Source of the DNA: Chlorokybus atmophyticus
Lineage: Eukaryota; Plantae; Mesostigma and Chlorokybus algae
Direction: 5' to 3'
NCBI GenBank assembly: GCA_009103225.1
Contig: RHPI01002264.1
Coordinates: 37,633 to 101,632 of the forward strand
Length of the DNA stretch: 64,000 nucleotides
Of the stretch, positions 1 through 10,574 are shown in pieces (the first letter of the stretch is position 1; every line of letters begins with the position of its first letter). The position numbers were made by a program, and so were the translations under genes. The notes under the pieces were generated by a model. The model worked only from the letters and a program-made list of their open reading frames with translations. It made no database searches and had not been told where the DNA came from.

Positions 1-22
1 GTGGGTGGGTGGGTGGGTGGGT
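1..22. repeat. (GTGG)n microsatellite
   Basis: Directly visible tandem GTGG at the window start. Confidence 0.9.
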
Positions 23-1233
23 ACAGGTTGGGTTGCACGAGAGCAAGCCAGAGCATGGCGCAGAAGGCAGGAGCCACCATCGTTTGACATTTCGTCAGCA
101 GCACTTCATGGCCAAGCCAAGTAAGCTCAACTGCTTGCAGTCGTTGTAAGAGCCACTCCTACTTTGATGAGTCTAGGTGGACTTAACCACACAGACGGGG
201 ATGTCACTTTCATTCACTGCTGTAGCCTCGCACCTCAACTCCTGCCACTCGCAGATGCTTTCGGGATACGCTCTGCAGTAGTGACCAACATACGCTCATG
301 GCAAGCAATTACAAAAGATGCACATGGGAACTCGAACATGCAATGCCACAACCACAACAACCACTCACCAACTCGCTATCTACCAATTACCCCTACCCCT
401 ACCCCTGCTGCCTCCTGTAAGACATGCGTGCATGCATAGCAACAGCAGTCATCTGCACAAGCGCTTCGGTCAGCGGTTCATTCGCAGCAGAAACAACGAG
501 AGCAGCTTAGTGTGTAGTCTACCCCTTAACGATGTGCTTTTCACGCTAATGGGTTGGTTAGTCGGCTGCCCTTTCCGACTATGCTACACAATGTATGGAG
601 CACCCAAGCATTGAAGAGATTAAAATGGCAATCTTGACTCTGGTTTTGTACTGCACTTGGAGTGCAATACATCACCGGTTTCTTTCTCTGTTTGCCAGGT
701 ATGATATTGATATGGGTAAGTATGTGTGCTGTGAGAATGTGCTAAGGTATCGTATGTTTACTTCATGCATGACATGCATATGCATCGTATGCATGCAACA
801 TATCATGTTCAACAACGTTGACATTTTGCACCGCGTGTTACGAGAGTTATGTATCTCCATGACGCGTAGTGCAAGATGTCGTTATAAGCGTCCATAAAAG
901 ATAATAGCGAAATCATCCCCTTGAGTCTGCTTTGAATCATACCTGTAACATGCAGGGGGATATCTCCAATTAATGACTTGCTATCCGGGCAACGGTAGAT
1001 TAATACATTATGAACTCAATACATAATGCAGTAGTTGAAGATAGCTTATATAAACCCTCAAAAGACTTTTTAATACGGGGGTGTTTTATACTCGGATGAA
1101 TAAGTATCAAATATGAAGTTAACATGAAGTGAAGCGTACACTGTTAGCATTCTCACAATATTCACGCAAAACAAGATAATGCCTTTTACAGATGTTTTCC
1201 CTTGTTACTTCATATGGAATTTATATGATACAT

Positions 1234-1237
<4 letters not shown>

Positions 1238-1270
<33 letters not shown>
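1238..1270. repeat. (TA)n microsatellite
   Basis: About 16 TA units in the AT-rich flank of element A. Confidence 0.95.
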
Positions 1271-1279
<9 letters not shown>

Positions 1280-1407
1280 CATTGCCTTATAATGTTAATC
1301 GTCTTTATTGAACTATCATTATCGATGGCTACCAATTTCATCGCTTCAGCTTCTGAAACCATGCGGTAACAGCCCCTCGATTTTCAACACGCATTAGATA
1401 CTGCTGA

Positions 1408-1929
1408 TGTAACGAGAGCAATAATAATAGGGGTGTTATTGCTACCTAAATTACACATCATGTATGAAAAAGTATCTAAATATGCTTATTTATACCTCTT
1501 TTCTACGGTTCCTCGCTTATTAAAGGCTATGATGCTTTATCATAGCTTAAATAAATCCTAATCGGTGTAGATTCGCTTATTCAACCCTAGTTGATGTCAC
1601 ACTTGATAAAATGTAGTCACTATCTCATTAGGTACCTTACGATAGGTATCTTTCGATAGGTACCTTATCGATAGATACCTTATCTAAGCTGTGATTGGCT
1701 CGCGCTAGATTTCCTAACTACCATATCTATAGGGTCGATGTTTAGTTGTGAGTTAATTATCGAGAGGTATATATTTTATATATTCTGATATAAAAGGTCA
1801 AACTGATGTGACCTCACTTTGAGTTCTCTGCTCAGTGGCGGCCACGCCGCTGAAAGGCTTGTTGTATGCGGTGTGGGTGTTGGGGTAGAGGATTGAAGGG
1901 GCATCACCGGCGACGGTGGTGCTGTTACA
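1408..1929 (+). repeat. Element A 5' LTR (522 bp)
   Basis: Aligns to 23272-23797 at roughly 85-90% identity by eye; TG...CA ends. Confidence 0.95.
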
Positions 1930-1930
1930 T

Positions 1931-1944
1931 TGGTATCCAGGAGC
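1931..1944 (+). promoter_or_regulatory. Element A PBS, degenerate tRNA-iMet type
   Basis: TGGTATCCAGGAGC one base after the LTR end; resembles canonical TGGTATCAGAGC with two extra bases. Confidence 0.65.
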
Positions 1945-2811
1945 TTGGGGGTGAGGTGGGTACTTATAGGGGACGGCAACCTACTCTCGGCCAATCAGAA
2001 GGCGGTGGCGGCGGCCTCCTATTCGTCCACACAGCCCAAGCTTCAAGCTAGCTTCCCTGCGCTACGTCAACGTTAAAGCCACTCATCAAAGAGGCGGCCT
2101 CTCCACGTGTGAAGTACCATCACACACGTCGGTGACTTGCCTGCTTGCCAGCTGCTTGCCAGGTTTACGTGTGTATTTTCATGCACATCATTCAATGACT
2201 TGCCATTGCATGAGTGCGGCTTGCTAGTGTGCCATCACTGTTTGTCACACTTAGTGCACTATCATTGCTTGCAGTGATTGCCTGTCATTGCATGCTATGA
2301 TTGCTTGTCATTGTGCTTGCCAGTGCATGTCATAGTTGGTCACAGTACGGCTTGCCTGTTGCATGCCTGTGGCTTGCCTGTTGCATGCCTGTGACGTACC
2401 TGTAACCTGCCAGCTGCTGTTCTGAATCGCTTGACCCGGGTCTGCAAGTTCCAAACCAAGCTTTTTTCAAACCCTCCCCCTCTGGCTTCGGCCTGGAGAT
2501 CGGGACTTGGTAAGGACAGTTTTGGGGAAGTTCTGGGACATTCTATTCCTAAACTCTGTTAGTCTGAAACCCTCCCCCTCTGGCTTCGGCATGGAGATTG
2601 GGACGTAGTTGAGAACAACACAGGGTTAGGACATTCTGCTCTCATTCAAACTTGTTGTGTTTGGTGACACTACAGATCCAACCTTTCCTGTTTTGGGCTT
2701 GTTTTAAACTCTATCTGGGACTTTTACAACTTCGGGTCATTTTGATCTTCTTGTTGAACCTGGCCCATTGGTGAGGTTCTCACCATCCCATTTTGTCTGT
2801 TTTGCAGACAA

Positions 2812-4007
2812 GTGGAAGAGAACTTGGTGCCCACCTCAAAGGGGGAAAGCTCGCAAAAAGAGCAATTATCCCGTGAGGAGGAATTTCCATCCATGGAGGA
2901 TATTTATAACCCGGATGATGCAGCTGATGAGTCTCATGCTGCTACAGATGTGGATTCCTTGGTGGAACCAGAGGGGCCACCACCACTATCATTCGTGCAG
3001 CTTAAAATCTCAATTCGCTTGACAAAACAGGAGTTGATGGACCACTTTCTTGGCACCTATGATGAGGATCCTCGTGAGGCGATTGTCTCGCTCAATAACA
3101 TCCTCTTTCATGTGGCGGAAAAGCTCACCACCATTATGGGGCAACATTGGGAGGGATGGATGGGTGAAGGCAAACATGTTCTAAACATGATCGAGCGCCT
3201 TCACCGCTCTGACAGTGGTCCACCTGTTCAGGCACTCGCTCGACCTGCCGAGTTTCTACCCAACAAGCAAGCGGCGATTTTTGACGAGCTCATGAACCTG
3301 AGACACTATGTCAACTCCCTTCACATTTCTCAGGAGGGGAAGTTGCGTGTAGTAAAGTTGATGATCTCAAACAATGCTCTGGAGGAGTGGTACCGCCGTA
3401 AGCAACGTGATACGAACCTCGGGCGGCAAGTGAATCAGATGTGCTCTTTGATGGAGCAGCGCTATGGTGGCGCAGATCCTGCACAGGTTGCTCGCAACCT
3501 GCTGCACAATCTGCGTCAGAATGGGCGTACGTCTAGCAGTATATCCAGGACTTCCAGTCTTTTGTTAGCAAGATCAATGCTGACAAACTACCCATTAGTG
3601 ACGCTAATCAGCTGGATATGTTCAGGCGTGGCTTGGACACAGATCACGTGCAGCATGTGGCCGTCAACCCCGCGAGTTTGCAAGAGTGGGCCTCGACGGA
3701 TTTGCCGATGCTGATGCACATGGTTGCTACTGTGGACAGTGTGAAGCGCTCTCACGCAAACATGCAAACCATAGCAAAAGAGGCAGCCCCGGCTTCAGCT
3801 GCAAAGCGCCAAGCGGCCACTAACAACAAAGTTTTTATAAAAAGGCGAAAACATCTTAGCCTGCTGGTCTCTACAACGCGGCCAAATCCACCATCACTTG
3901 CAACTTCTGCAAGAAGACAAATCATGGGGAGGCCAAGTGCTATGCACATCAGAAGGCCAAGCAGCAGAAGAACAAGAAATGGAAATTGTTCGTGGTTGGT
4001 AGCTTAG
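2812..4007 (+). pseudogene. Element A gag (frameshifted)
   Basis: Overlapping ORFs 2812-3714 and 3618-4007; CCHC knuckle CNFCKKTNHGEAKC near 3900-3950 in a third frame. Confidence 0.75.
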
Positions 4008-4399
4008 TCAAGCAGAACGACTTTAAAAATCTGTACTTCTTGATAAAGTTTCCTCTCTTTGTGATGTATCAGATGTATGGACTGATATGAGCACACCACC
4101 TGTGTTGACAAATGCAAACGGTTGTGTTTAATCAATGTTCCATTCTTTGAATTGGTAACTGCTGTTAAGCACTTACACGAGTTGCAACTACAACATGCTC
4201 AGCAGGCTGTCACTGCATGTGTAGTTATTCTTTGATATCATGGCCCGTAGTCGCGACGTGGTTGTTGAAAGAGGGAGAAGTAATTATGCAACTCTCTCGC
4301 AAAGATACAGGAACTTCACCGTTACAAGTGATCTTTATCAAGCCTGCTACCAATCACGGCACTCCGACATTAGCTACACTTGATGGTCACTCAGTGCCA

Positions 4400-5151
4400 C
4401 TTAAATGGAGATTTGAGAGTCAACTTATGTGCACACCATGTACAGCATTGATTGATGTTGGTGCAAACCATAACTTTGTTGAACATGCTTGGGTGAAACG
4501 TAATAACATACCTTTCACACCAGTCACGTCGTATGTACGTGCTGCTGGTTCCACCCTCAATGCAATTGGGGAGGTGAAGGGGCGTTTTGTTATTAACAGC
4601 CACTAGACTCGACCAGCTTTCATCGTAGTGGATATAAGTATCCCCGGGGTGGATGTTGTGTTGAGTGAACAGTGGCACACCAAAGCAGGTTTGCAATTGA
4701 ACTCTCGAGCAAATACGTGCACCCTTCGTAAAGGTAAACGTAAGGTGACGTTAACCGCACCTGTACTCGCACGTGTTGCTCGCGACAATGTTCCGCTCCT
4801 CTCTGCTATGCAACTGAAACGTTGCATGCGTAAACGTGAGGAAGTATATCTGATGCACTTACGACATGTAGAGACACTTGTTGAACATGCCGTAATTGAC
4901 TCCGTGGTGCAATTACTTATGGAACAATACGCAGATGTATTTCAGGATGAACTCCCGGAGTTGCCTCTTGAGAGAAATATACATCATACTATTCCGTTGG
5001 AAGAGGGGGCAAAGGTATCTTGGCGGCCTATCCATAGGCTAAGTCCATTAGAACACGCGAAAATGGAAAAACAGCTCAAAGAGTTATTGGACAAAGGTTT
5101 AATAACAAAGAGCATATTTCCTTTTGGTGCACCAATTTTGTTTGTGCCCAA
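4400..5151 (+). pseudogene. Element A protease and RT N-terminus, interrupted by element B
   Basis: ALIDVGANHNFV (degenerate DSG motif); YADVFQDELPELPLERNIHHTIPL...GAPILFVP. Removing B and one CCAA copy restores FVPKNNGKLRMCTDY in frame. Confidence 0.92.
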
Positions 5152-5391
5152 TGTCGTGCCTGCCATGGTCGAGGGCAACCTTGTCTCGGACAGGCTGCGG
5201 AGGAGTGCTAGTGCTGCACGCATGCTAGTGCCGTGCATTGCATTGGAGACACGCAAGCAAAAGACAACCCCCCAATCGTGGGCATAGGCTTGAAGATGAG
5301 CCTACGCGGTGTTTAGTGCAGTGGACGAGCCGATGCCGCTCGCCACCTTTGTGTACAGACTGTGTCGTAGTGCACACAGTCAACAAGCCAC
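5152..5391 (-). repeat. Element B repeat B2 (terminal, 240 bp)
   Basis: Copy of 6041-6278; 3 differences seen (a 2-bp indel and 2 substitutions). Confidence 0.95.
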
Positions 5392-6038
5392 TACGATAGG
5401 TAGTGCTGTGGACACAGTTCTTTGCATGAGTGGATAGAATGATACACTGTTAAGTGAGGTGAATGAGTGTGCAACACGTGGATACAACACCCTGACTACT
5501 GAAACAACACACCACCGTCAAGCTCACAGCAATGACAGGCACAACGCACAAGAGCATGCACCGTGTCTAACGCAGTAAGGGAATTCTTGGCAACCGGGGC
5601 GTGCTTCCAGTTCAAGTCGCTTCACAAGCTCTTTAGAAACAGAGTCTTTACTTCTTAGTACTCCTAGTACTCACAGTACTCACTTACAGTGTCACCAGCC
5701 AGTCTGGTGACGTGACTTCCTACTTATACATGTCAAATCATGACTGTGCAGTGCCACGCGGGCACTAGGCCAACGGTCACATCGAGGCCTCATGCTATTT
5801 CGGAAATCTCCTAAGACTCGATATAGCACATGTGTTCTTAACAGACTGTACAACTGATCAGCTACGCGCGGTCCCTACAGACAGGTCTATAAGGTAGCCC
5901 TAGCTACATGCTACATGAGTGGTACAGTAGCTAGCAGTAGGCTGGGGCTCGCGCGGTCTTCATGCTGGTAGCCCGGGCGTGGGGCTGGGTGTAGGCATGC
6001 TCGAGAAGGACTGGCATGCGAGGGTAGCTGGCATGACA
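5378..6038 (-). repeat. Element B repeat A2 (internal, 661 bp including a 14-bp overlap with B2)
   Basis: Copy of 20154-20814; 2 substitutions seen. Confidence 0.95.
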
Positions 6039-6040
6039 GC

Positions 6041-6278
6041 TGTCGTGCCTGCCATGGTCGAGGGCAACCTTGTCTCGGACAGGCTGCGGAGGAGTGCTAG
6101 TGCTGCACGCATGCTAGTGCCGTGCATTGCATTGGACACGCAAGCAAAAGACAACCCCACAATCGTGGGCATAGGCTTGAAGATGAGCCTACGCGGTGTT
6201 TAGTGCAGTGGACGAGCCGATGCCGCTCGCCACCTTTGTGTACAAACTGTGTCGTAGTGCACACAGTCAACAAGCCAC
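6041..6278 (-). repeat. Element B repeat B1 (internal, 238 bp)
   Basis: Copy of 5152-5391, separated from A2 by only GC (6039-6040). Confidence 0.95.
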
Positions 6279-6285
6279 CCCCCCT
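6278..6285 (-). promoter_or_regulatory. Element B polypurine tract
   Basis: AGGGGGGG on the minus strand, about 30 nt after the integrase stop and directly abutting TGGCTTG at the start of B1. Confidence 0.7.
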
Positions 6286-6315
6286 AGGGTAGCCCTCTAC
6301 TCCAGAACTCAGTTC

Positions 6316-7740
6316 CTACCGACAGTGTGGGGGACCGTTGATGCGGCAGTCATTGCACCAGTACTCCCACAAGGGTACTGCGTCCAGTGGAGGGTCAAGG
6401 CAGTAGCAGTGCATGCCTTGATTACAGCCGTCGCATAACATCATCAATGGGTCGTCGTCGGCGCTGCCACACTTCTCGCATCGGGTGCTGCGCAGCGGAC
6501 GCGGGTGCTGAATCTTGGTGAAGCCAGTAATGTAGGGGAGATGACAGGGTGCGCAGTTGACCATGTTGTCTTTCGTGCGCTCGCCCCGTTGTCCCAACAG
6601 GTCCAGTACCCCTGTGGGGTGCACCTTCAATACCTTGTAGACAGCACGCCCGACGGAGGTATCGAGGGTGTCGCGTGTAGACGCCATACAGTAGACGAAG
6701 TCTCCTGACTCGAAGCGGCGCTCCCGCTCTTTGTAGAAACCACTGCGCACACGCTCGTAACGCAGCGTGTCGCGGTGCTGCGCGATGCGCAGGTTGTTGA
6801 AGGCCGTGGGGACTGTGTGTTCGAACAGCGCACTGCGCACTGTCAGATCGTACAACATCTCGTCGGGGTTGTCGAGATTGTCCACCACTCTGTCGACCTC
6901 CTGCTGTGCGCGGAAAGGGAGCAATGGCTGCCTTCCGAACAATAGATAGTATGGGCTGTACTCTCGCAGGGCTGCTTGCTTGGACAGCCGGTAGCCCATT
7001 GCTACCCATTGGAGGTGATCATCCCAGGTATTCTTCTCGTAGGCGAGGATGTACTTGCGCAGTGCCTTCTTGATGGTCTGCACGGTACGCTCGGCGAGGC
7101 CGTCGGCCTGCGGGTGGTCGCGTGAGGTGCGACGGTGGTCGATGAAGCATCTGTCGATAAGCTTGTCGAAGGCTCCTCTGAACTCCGTACCCTGGTCGGT
7201 GATGACTTCAGCGCAGCTGCCGAAGCGTCCGAGTACATGGGAGAGGAAAGCCTGGGCTACTCCCTCACTGCTCTTGTCGGGCAGGGGCACCAGCTCCACC
7301 CACTTGGAGAAGTGCTCGATCATGACGAGGATGTAGCGGTTGCCTCGCGCTGAGGGCGCTAGGTCTCCGAGGATGTCCAGTCCCCAGCGGTAGAACAACC
7401 CGGAAATGGGAAGGGGATGCAAGGTGGCGTTGCGCGTGTTGAGGCTGGCGCGAACCATGTCACACTGCTGACAGTTGCTGACGAACTCCCGCACCTGTCT
7501 GTGCACCCCATACCACCAGTACTGGGTCCTGACCAAGCTGACCGTGCGCTTGGCACCGAAGTGCCCGAGCTCGGTGCGAAGGGAGGAGATGATGCCTTCA
7601 CGTGCAGCTGGTGTGGGGACCTCTTGATCTGCATCTTGTATCCGTTGATACAGCCTGTCGTTGGCCCAGCGATAACACTGAGTGCGTTGCCGGACGCGGT
7701 CCTTCTCGCGTGCGCTCATGCCTGCTGGAAGCTGTCCAGT
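6316..7740 (-). pseudogene. Element B integrase (zinc-binding region, rve DDE core) with C-terminal PHD finger
   Basis: LGHFG...CQQC; RWGLDILG, VITDQGTEF, PQADGLAERTVQTIK; PHD CEKCGSADDDPLMMLCDGCNQGMHCYCLDPPLDAVPLWEYWCNDC. Separated from RT-RH by one in-frame TAG at 7741-7743. Confidence 0.95.
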
Positions 7741-9645
7741 CTAAAGCAGTGCGAGGGATGGCTCGTTCAGCCAGATGTCTTGTCGTGTGTCGGTGGGTGC
7801 CAGTTCCTCATCATCCACCTCAGGGTCGGCAGCGATTGCTTCTTCTGATAAAGGATCGGTGGTGGTGATGGTGGGCTCGAGAGCGGGCATGTCCCCGTCT
7901 GCTGCTGCCTCAGCGATCTGAGTCCTGCGTCCTGAGCGTAGCGCAGCGACCGCGAACATGGTGGCCACACCTGAAGGTGCAGCTGTAGGACCCAACTCAT
8001 GTCGGGCGCCTGTGGCGTCGTTCGTGCTGAGGTGGGGGTTACGGCTGAGGCCATCCGCATCCTGGTTGGCAAGGCCTGCGCGGTGTTCCACCTCGAAGTC
8101 GTACTCCTGGAGCAGCAGCGCCCATTGCGCTAACTTTCCTGTCAAGTGCTGGTTGTTCATTAGCCACTTGAGGGGTTGATGGTCAGTGACCAGTTGGAAC
8201 TGCCATCCAAACAGGAAGGGTCGGAAGAAGGAGATGGCCCACGCCGCGGCGAGACACTCCCCTTCGTAGCTGCTGTAGTTGGCCTCAGCACTGTTGTTGC
8301 TGCGGCTGGCGTACGACACTACGCGCTCCTTCTTGTTGTTGTCGTGCTGTACGAGCACGGCCCCCATGCCGAGCTTGCTCCAGTCTGTGTGCAGGATGAA
8401 CGACCTGGTGTAGTCAGGGCGTTGCAGAATGGGAGCTGTGGTGAGGCGGAGCTTCAGCTCCTGAAAGGCCTCCTGTTGTGCCTCCTTCCACAAGAACTCG
8501 GTGTCCTTCTTCAGTAGTTCGTTGAGAGGCCTCGCGATCTTGGCAAAGTTCTTGACAAACCGGCGGTAATAGTTGGCAAGGCCGAGGAAGGCCCGCAGCC
8601 GCGTGAGGTCTGTGGGGGCAGGGATAGCCACCAGTGCCTCCACTTTGGCCTGCTGTACGTACACACCATGGGGCACAATCATGTGTCCTAGGTAGGGTAC
8701 CTTGTGGGTGAAGAAGGTGCACTTGTCAGGGTGCACCGTCATCCCGACTTCCTTCAGCCTCTGTAGCACCTCTTCGATGTGCTGGAGATGCTCCTCATTG
8801 CTGTGACTGAAGATGAGGATGTCGTCGATGTAGCAGCGTGCAAAGTCCAACCCCTTGAGGGCTTTGTCCATGACGCGCTGAAACTTGGCTGGAGCGTTCT
8901 TCAGCCCGAAGGGCATGACCTTCCACTGGTACAGCTGCCGGTTTCCCCATAAGGAAGTCTTGTGCTTGTCCTCCTCCTTGATGGCGATCTGGTTGTACCC
9001 TTGGCGCATATCCAGGATACTGAAGACCGTGCAGTCCCCTACATCGTCAAAGATGCCTTCTGCGGTAGGCATTAGATACCTGTCCTGCTTGGTCTTGTTG
9101 AGGGGGCGATAGTCGCCACACATGCGCCGGTCTGTCCAGTTGCCTGCTAAATCTTTCTTCAGGGGCATGATGGTTGCGGCCGTAAAGTCCGATGTGGACT
9201 CCTCGATCAGGCCCGCATCTAGCAGCGCCTTGCACCTCTGTTCCACCAAGTCTTCTTCTAGCTTGGAGAGGCGGTACTGTCTTAAAAACACCGGTTCGGT
9301 GTCCACTAGTTCAATGTCCATCTGGTATGCTGAGCAGATGCCCAGCTCCTTCACACTGAAGCTGAATTGGCTCCTCCACTTCTTGAGGAGAGCCTCGAGT
9401 TGCTCTCGAGTCTGGCCTGTGGCCGGCGGTCCAATGGTGTGGGACCACAAGGTAGCGTTGGCGACCACTGGAATGTCTTCCACAGTGACTGCTGCCTGCT
9501 CCTCCATGTGGGCGGTCTCGAGGGCGGTGTGTGCTGCTTTGGTCTCTGAAAAGCGAGCAATCCACCCCCCAGCCAGGTGTTCGAGCTCCTGGAAGGACAC
9601 ATGGCGGTCCTGGAGAGCAAAGCACATTTTCAAGTACCACACCAT
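7741..9645 (-). pseudogene. Element B reverse transcriptase and RNase H
   Basis: RRMCGDYRPLNK, VMPFGLKNAPAKFQR, CYIDDILIFS, FILHTDWSKLGMGAVL, EGECLAAAWA, LVTDHQPL. Confidence 0.97.
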
Positions 9646-9651
9646 GCTGTT

Positions 9652-10115
9652 CTAATCCATGGCGCGCCCTAACAGCTGATACTGTTGACTGGTTGTCAGC
9701 GTGGAGCCTGTGTTGCTGCCTGGAAAGAATCCCATAGCACGCTCGCGCTCACGAGCGTTGGGTTCTTCCAGCTGTCCAGTGTTGGAGTCTAACACCATGC
9801 CGTCGCCTCTATTGCGGAACGCGTATGAGCCTGGATAGGATACAAGTGTGGGTAGTGCGCGGTGCGGCTGACCAGGCTGGTTGCACTGGTAGAAGTGGTG
9901 GTGGTCAAGGCGTGTGACCGGTTGCGCCGTGCGTCCAGGGTCCAGGATGTTATCGATGACGAGATTTTGTGGCCGATTGCTGTATAGGTACTCTGCCAGA
10001 AACAGGTCCTCCACAATGGCCAGGTTGGTCCACTTGGCGCGGACGCGGTGTGCGCGAGATCCATGACGCGCGGCGTTGATTTTGAGAGGATGCCCCAGCA
10101 AGGAGCATACTTGTC
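9652..10115 (-). pseudogene. Element B C5 DNA methyltransferase, C-terminal half (motifs VIII-X)
   Basis: INAARHGSRAHRVRAKWTN and ERERAMGF...LLGRAMD. Joins the N-half in frame (KAYRQVCS) when the copia and one GATAG are removed. Confidence 0.88.
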
Positions 10116-10120
10116 GATAG

Positions 10121-10545
10121 TGTTGAAGGACTAGCATGCACATGTAGTTGAGGCAAGCATAGACACACAGAGACAGAGCTACCGCCACCAGAGCATACAC
10201 AAGTCACATCACATTCATCTATTACAAGTTGTCCGCTGGTTCTTATACCAGCCAGTTACACACACGTCTACGTTTGCAAGCACTGCGTAAGCTATACTCA
10301 GCCTTTTAACGCGCTCTAAGTTGCGTTGTCTTTCTTACAACTAGAGCTTTCCAACAAGCTCTTACACGCCTAATATGAGTAAGTATACGCGGAGATACGA
10401 AGCAGTTAGTAAGGCTCCAGTCTGGAGTCCGGAGTCTGGTCCGACGACGCCATCTTGCTAGTCCGGACCTAGTGCTCGTCCTTACGACCTTCTACTCCTG
10501 TGTGGAGGGTCGATGCTGATCGTATGTAGGAATGGACTCTCAACA
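10121..10545 (-). repeat. Element C 3' LTR
   Basis: Matches 14287-14711 with 5 substitutions and 2 single-base indels. Short purine tract GTGGGAG adjacent on the minus strand. Confidence 0.96.
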
Positions 10546-10574
10546 CTCCCACGCGAGCAGCTTGACCTCCAACG

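Noticed and set aside
23-900. Short ORFs at the window start
   Set aside because: No recognisable domain or consistent exon chain; may belong to a gene outside the window.
5152-6038. Reading 5152-6038 as an ordinary TG...CA LTR whose partner lost its B part
   Set aside because: This needs a precise deletion at one end plus a precise extra B copy with a 2-bp spacer at the other. It also leaves the PPT next to B1 and the priming site next to A1 unexplained.
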